Of a DNA stretch of 64,000 bases, positions 37,401-45,043 are shown in pieces. Positions within the stretch are counted from its first letter, which is position 1, and each line of letters opens with the position of its first letter. The stretch is taken from IMG/VR virus record IMGVR_UViG_3300027336_000062; one strand, written 5' to 3'. The DNA comes from an uncultured virus (IMG/VR IMGVR_UViG_3300027336_000062). Its lineage: Duplodnaviria; Heunggongvirae; Uroviricota; Caudoviricetes. The position numbers were made by a program, and so were the translations under genes. The notes under the pieces are model-generated. The model worked only from the letters and a program-made list of their open reading frames with translations, had not been told where the DNA came from and did not search any database.

Positions 37401-38853
37401 CAAGCAGACAAAGGATGATCTGCTGCAACGAAACAATAGCTTTGATCGAGTGCTGGGTGTGTTGGGCGGTACGGTGTTCAGCAAGCCCAAGATCAAGGAG
37501 CAGAACCGTGCTGTGCTGGAAGCCTTGAAGGACATTTACAAGGACGACTACGCACTCAATGCCGAGTCGTATGTCGAGGTGGGTCCGAAGAGCAACGATC
37601 CCGAGCTCCGAAGCTTCTGGGAGCGTTTGCCTGACCAGACCAAGGAAGATGTTCGTGCAGTCTGGGGTGGTGACAGCATGAAGGTCACGGCCGACAGCCT
37701 GGATGTGGTGTTTGGTTACCGGAAGCTTTCACTGGCAGATCCGATCCGCCAAAGCCAAAAGAATAAGGCCAAGTTGGAAGCTGGCGGTGCACTGTCTGAG
37801 GCTGACAAGCAAGGGTTGATTGCTCAGAACTTTGTGCTGTCAGTCGAGTGGGCCTTGAGCACCTATGCTCGAATCAAGCTGGGCAAGTCTCAGGATGAAG
37901 CCGAGCGCTATGCCAAGCGAGCTGCAGCTTATTTGACTCGTGGTGAGCGTGCATGGCAGGAGATCGTGCGTGAGATCAAGACGATCTACGTGATCAAGGG
38001 TGTGACCTCGATGATCAACAACAACAAGAGCAACTTGACTCAGTTGTTGGCTTCAGGGGTGACGCTGAAAGCGATCCGTGAGCACATGCCTGATGCTTTG
38101 AAGAGTGCCATGGCCTACCAAGCTGACAGCGATGAGCTGCGTGAGCTGGAGAACCTGCTTGAGACCGGCTACACCCAAGGCAACGAGGCAGAGATTGAAC
38201 GCAGGATTGTTCGCTTGCGAAATGAGATTGCAATCAACCCAGCACGAGAGTTGATTGAAGCTGGCTTGATGCCTTCTATTGTGGAAGACGTTGGTGAAGC
38301 GGACGATCCGTTTTCGTACAAGACGGAGTTTGCACAGAAGACAGAACGCTTTACAGACAAGCTGAACCCGAAGGTCAAAGAGGCAGCGAAGTTTGTCTAC
38401 ATGACCCGAGACGGCAAGCTGTATAAGGCGTTGCACCAGGCCACACAGGTGAGTGACTTCGTGGCTCGATACGTGATGTACCAACACCTGATCAGCCGGG
38501 AGCAGAACCCGTTAAGCAAGGCAGCAGCAATTCAAGAAGCTGCTGATGCGTTCGTGAATTACGACATAGCCATGCACCGGAACATTCAGTTCTTGGATGA
38601 CATGGGGTTCATGATGTTCACGAAGTACTTCTTGCGGATGCAAAAGGTGCTGTTAAAGATAGGTCGTGAGAATCCTGCAAGAGTGTTGGCTTTGGCAGCA
38701 GCAGACAACTATCTGGACTTAGGATCCATCGTTCTGGACAGCTCAGCATTGGCCAAGATCGGCAACAACCCGTTTGGTATTGGTGCTCTTGGCTTCCCAG
38801 GTGCACTGGATGACCTGGCTACGGTGAAGGCAGCAATGGCCTTGGTGAAGTAA
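28447..38853 (+). CDS. Virion-encapsidated RNA polymerase (N4 gp50-like, 3468 aa)
   Basis: Size; no Cys seen on reading; motif A VDGVSNG, motif B RKFAKGVVPPIIFG, motif C NNHDEL; HELIH zincin-like motif in the C-terminal part. Confidence 0.96.
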   Translation: MAEFDLNSYFSKRQQLFGQDKVDALQKASAEKVQALQESRARDQAYLNSPQAQIDRAVAEGRTWGEFGQDVGLSAIQGVDALAKLPAMVYDKATEGNFYGTETQKISAMSDEREKLKSAFAQANNKQKADAAKAAGEAAKEYFGDGALGTGAQVAAEFGSAFWEAAKDPGSIPEFLAQQAAQLGVMGKVGRASELAAKAAVKAAPVLAATKAGQAAVNRVGTAGAVGTGAVLQGTDVGSDTMTRLMELPQAVWDQNPQYKVRASEIGADAAKQEIASRLASEATVQGAATSLLSAALPGGSSVEKALVGKSLGGFKAVPKAFVGESGQEGIEEGTGKFFGNAGVKQIDPTQSLSEDVGAAAGQGAYMGGLLGAGISGVQTAGNAAAIAAAERAAKVQEEVAKKQDLSAAIASGDVSAYLDPKSPSFAPEKAVQGLFGNSQKEDTTPEAKQTNFVKAESIVADLKSEREKLRLELDWTNPDKLQARLDAGRDGFSPELIAATEEAIATLRATPADPNEVAALEAKAKSMDRKIQLSETILKDFNREGQNQQVDVEAEVAKLKDADPVVSQGAADNIINLSMKSPELVDRKLAASLVRDTTNNLTDSQRDYLRAFSEARVAENTLKTMGDVSKEIFFGSAKDKQGIKYTGLAEYRANVAVTLAAGNQKSADRELGLLTNFETSHQAKAKAASEAYAAFLKDGIERRVVRNKDGSWKVEQGLFESPAARVENGGMDIKENSPKIVAETKTEADAISKTAAELKAAYAVKFGSGNTGGASNVQNVPQALEGIQSAETQLRSEASTQDGAAEGTAATGGGAAADVQADATAGTDAVAPAADVAQEAPSSAASTDNTATAPSVEGQLQSGEQATTTPSATVPDPAVQAEPAQKAEQEVAAKESGKLFANHQASPEGTPLSQRLNAIADFFTQSAGREDVGSQRPLVAVKNLLSKLISKEVSPADFLKSTDPLTARQDSVLSLFQKAAQRWDPIIRTGLKRQANPAFNYKHLMTYFQFENSEDGKLDVDENLKTAMSAAVFQFIADNANGKGYSTPEQINKFLGNPEGSEIDPKVWGLIGQGIPQASMIEELGNSIYDMLGFRPSLQAPKDFEPRLKSVLGTQALRLMLSTPGLLKRKTVNAEDLSFSEKTTTKSENTQLFFYTFVRDEKTKELNAFAKRVVDTNKGTGTLLNKLFGVESSITFPSLTPGAYDQKKAANSQMGVPVELYDALKHSSELPYEVHQGMWNLYSKLGYEWFSKVIGLPEGDVDTVHISQRPAHEAKTDNTFRVIDNFITFVEDVLSPSENGVDTLFYFVPAAWKNQRSGLTSNGVNPNAHKQHRYLVTQTAWKNKVDLTNPDAVNKLYFHLGEALGLKGTDQQIIELLNGVDGQGGLRQEPAFQAALAAMEKARQGEELTDADKAAIVDGQDMQGLNAMLAMLEVTIAERDGLDSVEVQLPAGVDGVSNGVIKGHLILGAANSSDEMLKVMNQGGIYEVGSAYSDFAQWHDQPGNLDVYERATAEMNDRMANMVEYMPEVVNALWAVTRPLMDGDKVTSDGRKFAKGVVPPIIFGSSFENAVMRLQENFAESVLNGFTKYANKPAELDAYVKALNTLIAEGDLSAPLIPEGKDGEYHLKRNLLPAQNSAIASVFDQTLGMSMQDAVETTYGPLRRQQTALIDTANLTFNLYNAVLDGEREAALQNEDVEKNKVGEPIHDITKEADGQIKKKLKGILPVIHSLMSKRDGRIGTGMLMSRSRLVERDSPLYKNEVQFGIPVPGVVSTITWKPVSSINSTSRVTGDVVPGAAMGTMVVHSTDSADSHNVQMKHSTLNNHDELVTGVNDIGSVAQDLNKAFFQTSLEYSPLEEVYHSLRRTVEGMARLTKSEGGLSIQAQDNLVDMLAKKAWAMRSGNDVPSIGSVLVMLLKDAKVIAFQADNIRLETLSKIATVNQFAYEGQGYVVTDADRAKALKMKAELTPEVPASVVALATELTDSLKAAEQRRIKRLSDAKKAKKAQVQQVLAEAEFDLSAVEEQAPAFSPFGLFGKPRVESDKDLVKFFKSNPAATAQQVIDLLSAQGRLSPVNQKLLMLVSKVVSPDLAINLITKETDKNGVLEEPTQPSRAWFVSKGDQQAIYVLSTEFVNSGLTAESLLHELIHAAVAQVIQNPTGDAAALVAELEALRVKAQEFAKQNGLTQYTAALADVQEFVAWGMSNLGLQRDVLTKITMASKTGSNRLVTGMQKFISALTGLLFEKPDANLDNGLSVLVSNVSGLFYQASQSKPKTGDLSLSMAAMNAVNSYTTLEIHNALDSGSVSPLFQSQLANLLTGIVDALHGPFGAFAQALRETEAKTPVDAWAKAKELGAAPFGSSVLSHMAASEQEAFAIEQVEATVKAALDGKGAQATTQYRELYNLYTEIENKFSKDGSDFFKGDWAMATPSEKAHAKSQYDFVFNLKSDKSGRSDYLARFAALGLAHQGFNQMLQVATEGNVKKVRGQESFEQRLRRWFSNVLGMFRERVTKTYAGQFADNKLQSLVGQLVDIEAKKRSLLQAKKGLINTDMVEDGARAVTEGIRTKIAQAADSEFLRKQKNTAVQVVRSAVSTVTNDRTEKYIEGMQKFYERNVQSQGSVFVSLLKELTGHKEKLQAAFRAVKKFEGDRQDQIAGWAKDARKAFSKKLSKDSSASITSVVMRTGLHYLTDTMSLAEIERLVDNPVAQNRAIAELEAKLGHMKAEYVTQIKGLGYYKATELVTVEVLMMNSHLISKLAGTVYEKQITDAQAKAADPIIKQLVSLYALKYTSRTEQGLAKQVFRDENARGGSVGNGIDFVMRAQKALEAEAFERQFRNNPALMIHGFTPEILNPHTEFVVATEAEGQALIDFGYKQGAKVSKDGADPDQSQKYIYVLKGAGLAPHVSGALQFQSDTAKGTKAHSGYLNVNTQDGLENAQTQARFDQKLGSKINTDPNWDPSQEKKNYTAPLYNENGKVVNWRYMMNKQTKDDLLQRNNSFDRVLGVLGGTVFSKPKIKEQNRAVLEALKDIYKDDYALNAESYVEVGPKSNDPELRSFWERLPDQTKEDVRAVWGGDSMKVTADSLDVVFGYRKLSLADPIRQSQKNKAKLEAGGALSEADKQGLIAQNFVLSVEWALSTYARIKLGKSQDEAERYAKRAAAYLTRGERAWQEIVREIKTIYVIKGVTSMINNNKSNLTQLLASGVTLKAIREHMPDALKSAMAYQADSDELRELENLLETGYTQGNEAEIERRIVRLRNEIAINPARELIEAGLMPSIVEDVGEADDPFSYKTEFAQKTERFTDKLNPKVKEAAKFVYMTRDGKLYKALHQATQVSDFVARYVMYQHLISREQNPLSKAAAIQEAADAFVNYDIAMHRNIQFLDDMGFMMFTKYFLRMQKVLLKIGRENPARVLALAAADNYLDLGSIVLDSSALAKIGNNPFGIGALGFPGALDDLATVKAAMALVK

Positions 38854-38960
38854 CGCTTAAGGGTGGGGACTGCAAAGTCTTCACTCTTAAGAGTCATCCC
38901 TTACGGGGATGAGTCGGTCTGCCGGATTTTATAGCCCTCCTGCAGACACTGCCGGGCTTG

Positions 38961-39266
38961 TTACTTGATGAGGATTTCCTCAAGCTTTCCACCCTTCGCC
39001 AGGTGTGCTTCAACCCATTTGGGTTTACGTCCTCGACCGGACCAGAAGTTGGTGCCGGATTGATACTTCATAGCCACCTTTGCTCGACCAGTAGCAGTGA
39101 CCTTGACTGGCTCACCGAAGTTCAAGTCTCGTACACGAATGCCGTAGAACTTGATCTTTTCGTTGATGTCTTCGATCGCAGCAGATCTTTCTTTTGAAAG
39201 AAGAGCGTCTCTTTCTTTCTGGAGAGTTTCGATCTGTTTTTGCAGATCATCGAGCTTGTTGGCCAT
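38961..39266 (-). CDS. hns: H-NS family nucleoid-associated protein (101 aa)
   Basis: N-terminal coiled coil, KY...WSGRGRKPKW DNA-binding motif; AAGGA RBS before MANKL. Confidence 0.9.
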   Translation of the reverse strand: MANKLDDLQKQIETLQKERDALLSKERSAAIEDINEKIKFYGIRVRDLNFGEPVKVTATGRAKVAMKYQSGTNFWSGRGRKPKWVEAHLAKGGKLEEILIK

Positions 39267-39306
39267 CGGTATTCCTTTCGATTTGGGCGGTTCGTGGAAG
39301 AGGTTT

Positions 39307-39537
39307 TCAAGAGCCTTCTTGGGTTCCTCTTCCTTCGCCTTTTGACGGGCGAGATGGTACTGATTCGTGCTCACAGTATTCCTTGATACAGAGGGCAATG
39401 ATCGCTATGACAGCTGCGCCCAACAGGACTGCTCCTGCTACGGCAACGAGTGCTGAAATGAGCGCACCTCCAACCAATAGTACAGTGAGAACGAGGATTG
39501 CGGCTAGGGTATAGCCAATCCCTTTGAGTACGCCCAT
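39307..39537 (-). CDS. Small membrane protein
   Basis: Long hydrophobic hairpin and a polar tail. Confidence 0.6.
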   Translation of the reverse strand: MGVLKGIGYTLAAILVLTVLLVGGALISALVAVAGAVLLGAAVIAIIALCIKEYCEHESVPSRPSKGEGRGTQEGS

Positions 39538-39549
39538 TCCTACGACCTG

Positions 39550-39885
39550 TTAGTTGAACAGGCTAGTAGGTGTCTTTGCAACAGCAGGTTCGTCCGTAGC
39601 AAACGGAGGTTCTTCAACCGCAGGAGCTTGTTCTTCAGCTGCTTTGGCTTCAGGAGGTGTAGGCACCACAGTCAGGACAGGCTTGACTGCATCTTCAGGG
39701 CTGTCTTCGAAACCAGGAATCGGCTGACCAGCATCTTCGATCGAGATGTCGGCAGTGATGCCAGACTCTTTGCGGCCGGCAGTGAACGAGATGTCCACGG
39801 ACTTGCCGCTCAAGCTGATGCCTTGAGTGGTGATGTACTGCTTCAGTGCAGCAATGATCTCAGTCTGTTTGAGCTGAATTTGCAT
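39550..39885 (-). CDS. Conserved N4-like hypothetical protein
   Basis: MQIQLKQTEI..AL..YI...FTAGR; ends SLF; follows the resolvase. Confidence 0.72.
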   Translation of the reverse strand: MQIQLKQTEIIAALKQYITTQGISLSGKSVDISFTAGRKESGITADISIEDAGQPIPGFEDSPEDAVKPVLTVVPTPPEAKAAEEQAPAVEEPPFATDEPAVAKTPTSLFN

Positions 39886-40483
39886 TGGTTTCTTTCTTGG
39901 TTTGTGCCTTGATGAAAGGCAGCATTTGTTGAAAAGCGTTGCAGGATATGCCCGCATAGATGGCAGCAACAGCATCGGCCATGTGCTCGGCTTTTGCCTC
40001 ACTCACGACGCTTGCACCGTTCTGCTTGTACATGGGCCAATTGGCTTCGGGATGCTTGGCCATGGCCCATCGAATCATGTCTTGCTTTGAGGCTGTCTTG
40101 TTGCCTACAGAAGCAAGCTTTACTTCGTTTGGGGTCACTTCGAAGAAGGGGATACCGTTCGCTCTCAACGCCCCGAGGACGCCCACACAGACTCCATAGG
40201 AAGCCATTGCCCGAGCCGACTGGCTACCGACAGGAACTTCTACAAAGACTGCGTGAGCGCCCTCTGCTGCGGTGACGGCACCTTTGTACAGCTGGAATGC
40301 TGACTCGAGATCGGTGCTGTTCTGACGAACTTGCTTGCCGGTAGGCAGAACAGGATTGGTCAGGTTCAGCAGCTCGATTGTGAGCTTTCTGGTTTCCAGG
40401 TTCAAGGTGCCGACCGCCAGACCCCAGTTACGGAGGCTGGGATCTTGGCCCACAACCTTGATGATGTCAGTGGACTGGCTCAT
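39860..40483 (-). CDS. RuvC-like Holliday junction resolvase
   Basis: VGQDPSLRNWG, VEVP, VTPNEVK, EHMADA acidic motifs. Confidence 0.85.
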   Translation of the reverse strand: MSQSTDIIKVVGQDPSLRNWGLAVGTLNLETRKLTIELLNLTNPVLPTGKQVRQNSTDLESAFQLYKGAVTAAEGAHAVFVEVPVGSQSARAMASYGVCVGVLGALRANGIPFFEVTPNEVKLASVGNKTASKQDMIRWAMAKHPEANWPMYKQNGASVVSEAKAEHMADAVAAIYAGISCNAFQQMLPFIKAQTKKETNANSAQTD

Positions 40484-40748
40484 CAGGTGCTGCGGGTGAA
40501 TCGTCAATCTCCACACCAAAGGGCAGAGTACCCAGCTCCATCAAGGCCAGTGACAGACCCATCAGGAAGCCCTTGTGCAGATCGCCCGACAGGATTTGCG
40601 TGGCTTCGTTGTTGAAGGTGACTTCGACGCCTTCAGGCATGGACAGGAAATGTTCCAGTGTCTTGACCTTGCTTTCATGCCAGCCACTCAACAGCTGGAT
40701 GAACTGGTCAATGTCTGCAACGACTACGGTTTCAGCGTTCTTGTTCAT
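40467..40748 (-). CDS. Hypothetical protein
   Basis: WH..KV...GF.MGL.LAL.ELG.LPF; ATGA-coupled. Confidence 0.72.
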   Translation of the reverse strand: MNKNAETVVVADIDQFIQLLSGWHESKVKTLEHFLSMPEGVEVTFNNEATQILSGDLHKGFLMGLSLALMELGTLPFGVEIDDSPAAPDEPVH

Positions 40749-41032
40749 GCCAACCCCGCTTCAAAGCGACGCTGCTTGAGCAGGTAGCCTTCCAGATCCC
40801 AGAGCTTCTCGAATGCGTTGTCATACGCAATCTTCTCGCCAATGGCTTGGTTGAAGTTGGCTGGGTCAACGCAAGCGCTGGTGCCAACCAAGGTGTAGCC
40901 GTTTTCCAGAGTGATCTGGCAAACGGTTGTAGTGCTGTCAGGCAAGCGTGTGTAGGTAGAGGATTTCACCTTGGCTTGCATGTCGGCAACAGTGATCCGG
41001 TTAGGGATCACGTTCTCTTGGTTCTCAGTCAT
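40745..41032 (-). CDS. Gp49-family protein (N4 gp49/Sf6 gp66-like)
   Basis: TTVC.ITLENGY...G.SACVDPANF...IG.KIA..NA..KLW.LEGYLLK. Confidence 0.88.
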   Translation of the reverse strand: MTENQENVIPNRITVADMQAKVKSSTYTRLPDSTTTVCQITLENGYTLVGTSACVDPANFNQAIGEKIAYDNAFEKLWDLEGYLLKQRRFEAGLA

Positions 41033-41050
41033 GTGATCTTTCTTGACTGA

Positions 41051-41245
41051 TTACTCAGCAGCAGGAGCAGGCTCTTGTGCAACGGGGGCTTCAGCAGGCT
41101 GCAGTTGTGGAGCAGCTTGTTGCTGGATAGCACCGATGAGGCCGGCAACCTTGTCATAGGGCTGAGCGCTCAGAGCACCCAGAATGATGTTGGTCGCCTC
41201 GACGTTCAGCGTCAGAGTGATGGGAGTTTGTGGATTGATTTGCAT
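41051..41245 (-). CDS. Small hypothetical protein
   Basis: ITLTL.VE..N.IL.AL..QPY..VA.LI..IQQQA.PQL; AGGAAAG RBS. Confidence 0.7.
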   Translation of the reverse strand: MQINPQTPITLTLNVEATNIILGALSAQPYDKVAGLIGAIQQQAAPQLQPAEAPVAQEPAPAAE

Positions 41246-41325
41246 TTTCTTTCCTGGTGGTTGATGAAAAAATGAGCCCGTCTGAAGAATGTTCAAAACG
41301 GGCTTGGGCCTACCTCCTGCAGGAG

Positions 41326-42060
41326 TCAAGCAAACAGGCTGGTCGTAGGCTTCTTGGCTGCAGCTGCAGGAGCACCTGCGGCTTTGGGTGCACCAGGCGT
41401 GCCGGAAGCGCCCTTGGCCTTCATCTTCACGGTGCCGCTGTGCTTGGCATCCCAGGTGTCGATGAAACCAGCAGTCTCGGCTTGAGCACGGATCTCGGCA
41501 GTCGTCATGCGATCTTTCGCACGGAACAGCTTGTCGATCTCGTTCTCGTCACGAGTCTCACCAGTGGGCTCGTACACACCGGCATCGTTCTTCTTGGTCT
41601 TGTCGACCGTCTGACGAAGCACGCCGACGATGATTTCCTTGCCCAGCAAGTCCATCAGCATCTCGACCTTGGTCGGCACTTCAGACTTGGCTTCGGCCGA
41701 GTACACGTTGACCACCTTGGTTTCGGTGTCGAGCTCGGAGATCTCCTTGCCGCAAGTCAACAGAGCCAAGCTGTTGGCATGGTTGAAGCCAGGCAGGTAG
41801 AACTTCTCGCCGTCCTTCTCGTAGTAGTTCTTGCCGCCCTTGGCAGTACCGGAGGTCATCCAGAGGGTTTGACGGAGCTCACGACCAGCTTCGGTCTTGA
41901 GGTTCAGCACCAGACCCATGGCACCACCAGCGGACTTGGTGACGTAAGCCAGGGCTACGGTGGATTTGTACAGACCGGAGTCCAGAGGACCGCTGGAGCC
42001 TACCGAGTCTTTTTCTTCGGTGACGGACGCATCGGTCGAAAGGTTTGAGAGCAGAGACAT
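41326..42060 (-). CDS. Single-stranded DNA-binding protein (N4 gp45-like)
   Basis: LDSGLY, SAGGAM, YYEKDG...LPGF, ENEIDK.F, C-terminal SLFA. Confidence 0.88.
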   Translation of the reverse strand: MSLLSNLSTDASVTEEKDSVGSSGPLDSGLYKSTVALAYVTKSAGGAMGLVLNLKTEAGRELRQTLWMTSGTAKGGKNYYEKDGEKFYLPGFNHANSLALLTCGKEISELDTETKVVNVYSAEAKSEVPTKVEMLMDLLGKEIIVGVLRQTVDKTKKNDAGVYEPTGETRDENEIDKLFRAKDRMTTAEIRAQAETAGFIDTWDAKHSGTVKMKAKGASGTPGAPKAAGAPAAAAKKPTTSLFA

Positions 42061-42109
42061 GATGTTTTCTTTCAGGATTGGTTAAAGGTTGGTTTTGGTT
42101 TTACTGTGC

Positions 42110-42835
42110 TCACGCATAGTATTCTTTCAGCCGGTCCAAGACCAACTGGATATTGTTGTCGATAAAAGTCTCCTTTGTATCGAACAACCCGAGTGGACCA
42201 CGAAGACGTTCATTGACCGTCTCTTTGGTGATCTTGGTTTGGAAGACATACTTGAATCCAAGTGCTTCCTCTTCAGGAGTAATGGTCAGCATGTCTGAGC
42301 CATAGTCCTTCAGCGCTTTGAGTGCCACTTTCTTGCTGGCAATGACAACGGTGAAGTAGGACTCCAGACCGTTGTTCTTCAAGGAGCCCTTCACAGGAAC
42401 CTTGGTCTCCATCAGCATCTCCGATTCGTTCAGCGTGTCAGAGGTGTGCGCAGTGAAGATGATTCGCTTGGTAGAGCGAGCCACATACTGCTGCATCAGC
42501 GCTTTGAAGTACTGAGCAAACTGACCCCAGGCCTGCATGCCGTTGCTGGAATTCAGCACGTACAGGCTCTCGTACATGTCGAGCAGGTACGTCAGGGAGT
42601 CGATGATGATGGTGTGGATCTGAGGTTGAGTCTCAGCCCAGTCGAATGCCTCGTTGATCTGAAGCGGATCGGTGACCGTCTTCTGGATGAACTTGGCTCT
42701 GAATGGAAGCCGCTTGCCGGCCTCACAGTTCAGGTACAGAACGCCTTCAGGATCTTTGAGACCCATCAGCGAGGATGATTTGCCGGTGGCTGACTTACCA
42801 CACAGCAGGACCAAATGGTCGTTGGTGTCGGACAT
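42110..42835 (-). CDS. Sak4-like AAA ATPase (N4 gp44-like)
   Basis: GKSATGKS, YLNCEAGK, IIIDSLT, FTAH, RGPLGLF. Confidence 0.88.
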   Translation of the reverse strand: MSDTNDHLVLLCGKSATGKSSSLMGLKDPEGVLYLNCEAGKRLPFRAKFIQKTVTDPLQINEAFDWAETQPQIHTIIIDSLTYLLDMYESLYVLNSSNGMQAWGQFAQYFKALMQQYVARSTKRIIFTAHTSDTLNESEMLMETKVPVKGSLKNNGLESYFTVVIASKKVALKALKDYGSDMLTITPEEEALGFKYVFQTKITKETVNERLRGPLGLFDTKETFIDNNIQLVLDRLKEYYA

Positions 42836-42885
42836 GGTTTTCCTTGTTTGGTTTACCGCAGGAGCGCCGGAGAGCGCTTCCCGAG

Positions 42886-45027
42886 TTAGCGTTTGGAGAT
42901 GGTCTTGGCCACTGTGATCATGATGGTGCTCATGACCTCGGCTTCGTCCAGCTTGTCTGCGATCTTGTTGTTCAGAGTCATGACTCGCTGGCGGATGTTT
43001 TCGAAGTCGAAACCACCATCCAAGAGAATCATTGCGTAGCGCAACAGCATGTTGTTGCGGTTGCCGTCACCGATGTTGTTGATCACCCAGCGCTCCAGGT
43101 TGTCCATGGATTGCTGTGAGTTCATCAGCTCCTTGCGCTCTTCGTTCTTGCTGGTCTTCGGAATGAAGGGCAGGGCGTCGAGCACTTCACCTTCGTTGTA
43201 CTCATAGGTGCCGTCATGAGACAGCCACTTGCGTGCACGTTGGTTGGTTGCTGTGTCCACTTCGAATGGAAGCCACTCGTAGATGTTGGACATGAACTCT
43301 TTGTAGTCCTTGGCATCCATGGCCAACTCGTAGTTGATTGGCAGGATGATGCGGAACCGGTTCTCTTCTTCAGTGTGACGCTTGGTCGTGTAGATCAGGA
43401 ACTTGTAGTTCTTCATCAACAACTTGACCGTGCTCATGCTGACACCGCCGTCAACGTCGATCACCACCAGGTTGAAGCCTGGAATGCAGTTGTCTTCGTT
43501 GCGATAGCCGCCATTCAAGTGGTGCGCCACCCAATGCAAGCCAGGGGCTTGAGTGAGTTGGTGCAGCTTCTCGAAAGGTGCGTGCTCGTTGCGGTAGTCA
43601 GTCGTGATGTCGGTGCTGTAGCTCAACACCATCTTGGAGAGATCAGTCGCTTTCAGCGTCTCGCCCCGAAGGAACTCGATGCCGTCAGAGAAGGACTTCT
43701 TGATGATGATGTTGTTTTTGTAGCCATAGGCAATGGCCAGAGACAGCATCTCCGACTTTTGACCTGTGGCTCCACGGTAGAACGGCAAGTCCTCGACCAG
43801 ATCAGCCTGGGTCACATCACGCTTGCAAGTAGCGATGTACTTGGCCAGCTTGACGTAAGGACGATCACGGGTCAGCAGCTTGTTGAAAGCGTTGCCTGAC
43901 TCCTCGGCCAGCTTGATGGCTTGGTACAGATGCTCCTGGGTCAACTCGGGAGAGTCGTCAATGAAGGCATAGGCACCGGCCAACTTCAGGGCCTTGAAGT
44001 AGCGGTGAGAGATCTCGGCTTTCTTGATCTCCTCGTGCTCTGGGTAGAGCTCGGCTTCACGCTCACACTTCAAGCGGTACTCGATCAACAGCAGACTGGT
44101 TTCCTTGCTGACGATCAGACGCTTGTTGACGTTGATGATGTCGGCCAGCGCTTCCAGCTTGTCCGACAGCTCGTCCAGGTAGGTGTTGCTGTCCTGGTTT
44201 GTCAGTTGGACGTACACCTCTTCAGGTGTCATCTCAGTGGACTTGTTGGACGCTCGGCTGTAACCGAAGAAGCAGCGGCGTGCGTAACCGGTCTCGAGCA
44301 TGGAGTACAGCTCTTCCTCGGTCTTGCTACCGTTGAGCAGTTTGGCTGGGGTGCCAAACAGCATCATGTTGGTTGGAGTGCGGCCAACGATCTCTTCGTT
44401 GCGAACGCTGTCAGCGGTGTTCTTGATCAGCTTCTGCTTGACCAGGCCTACGTCGTACAGCTCCAGGAACGTGTTCAAAATCTCGACGTTGCCAACCAGG
44501 TTGGAACCAATCTCATCGATCTGCAGGTTCATCGAACCCGCATCAGCCATGAGCAGCTTGTGGCGCATCTGCTTGACCGCAGGTGCAGTACCTGAGTCGA
44601 AGCTGAACATCAGCGAGCCAAGGCTGTCGAATTCCTTCTGCACGCGCACCAGCTCTTCATCGGGGTCAGTGCTCTTGCGGTTGGCTCGTTTGAGTGCCAG
44701 CTTTGGCAGGTTGTTTTCAGCCAGGATTGGGAACGTCTCTTCGAGGAAGCGTCCACGGAACTGGTTGATCACCTGGTTCTCCATGATGTTGGTGGAGAAG
44801 CCCTTGCCGGAACCTGATGTGCTCAGGTTCAAGGCATACATGTTCACAGGGATGTCCCCACGATCATGGGTGGCAATCGTGGTTCGCATCATCGAAGCCA
44901 CCAGGCTGAAGTAGTAGCCCACCAGCACACGGAAGAACAACGGGTTGCTGTTCTGGGTCTTGCTGCACAGGATCTGCACCAGTTTTTCTGAGGCTGGGTG
45001 GTACTCCATCTCGTCAAAGGTTTTCAT
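42886..45027 (-). CDS. N4 gp43-like DNA primase/ATPase
   Basis: STSGSGKG, IDEIG, DVDG, YTTKRH, RFRIILP, C-terminal GNRNN PriCT-like motif. Confidence 0.85.
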   Translation of the reverse strand: MKTFDEMEYHPASEKLVQILCSKTQNSNPLFFRVLVGYYFSLVASMMRTTIATHDRGDIPVNMYALNLSTSGSGKGFSTNIMENQVINQFRGRFLEETFPILAENNLPKLALKRANRKSTDPDEELVRVQKEFDSLGSLMFSFDSGTAPAVKQMRHKLLMADAGSMNLQIDEIGSNLVGNVEILNTFLELYDVGLVKQKLIKNTADSVRNEEIVGRTPTNMMLFGTPAKLLNGSKTEEELYSMLETGYARRCFFGYSRASNKSTEMTPEEVYVQLTNQDSNTYLDELSDKLEALADIINVNKRLIVSKETSLLLIEYRLKCEREAELYPEHEEIKKAEISHRYFKALKLAGAYAFIDDSPELTQEHLYQAIKLAEESGNAFNKLLTRDRPYVKLAKYIATCKRDVTQADLVEDLPFYRGATGQKSEMLSLAIAYGYKNNIIIKKSFSDGIEFLRGETLKATDLSKMVLSYSTDITTDYRNEHAPFEKLHQLTQAPGLHWVAHHLNGGYRNEDNCIPGFNLVVIDVDGGVSMSTVKLLMKNYKFLIYTTKRHTEEENRFRIILPINYELAMDAKDYKEFMSNIYEWLPFEVDTATNQRARKWLSHDGTYEYNEGEVLDALPFIPKTSKNEERKELMNSQQSMDNLERWVINNIGDGNRNNMLLRYAMILLDGGFDFENIRQRVMTLNNKIADKLDEAEVMSTIMITVAKTISKR

Positions 45028-45043
45028 GAGTTTCTTTCTTGGT

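Noticed and set aside
38880..38965. Twister or HDV-like ribozyme assignment for the structured spacer
   Set aside because: Only fragments match; required stems could not be assembled, so it is left unassigned
38961..39398. 145-aa extended version of the H-NS ORF
   Set aside because: Extension overlaps the upstream membrane gene; an AAGGA RBS supports ATG 39266
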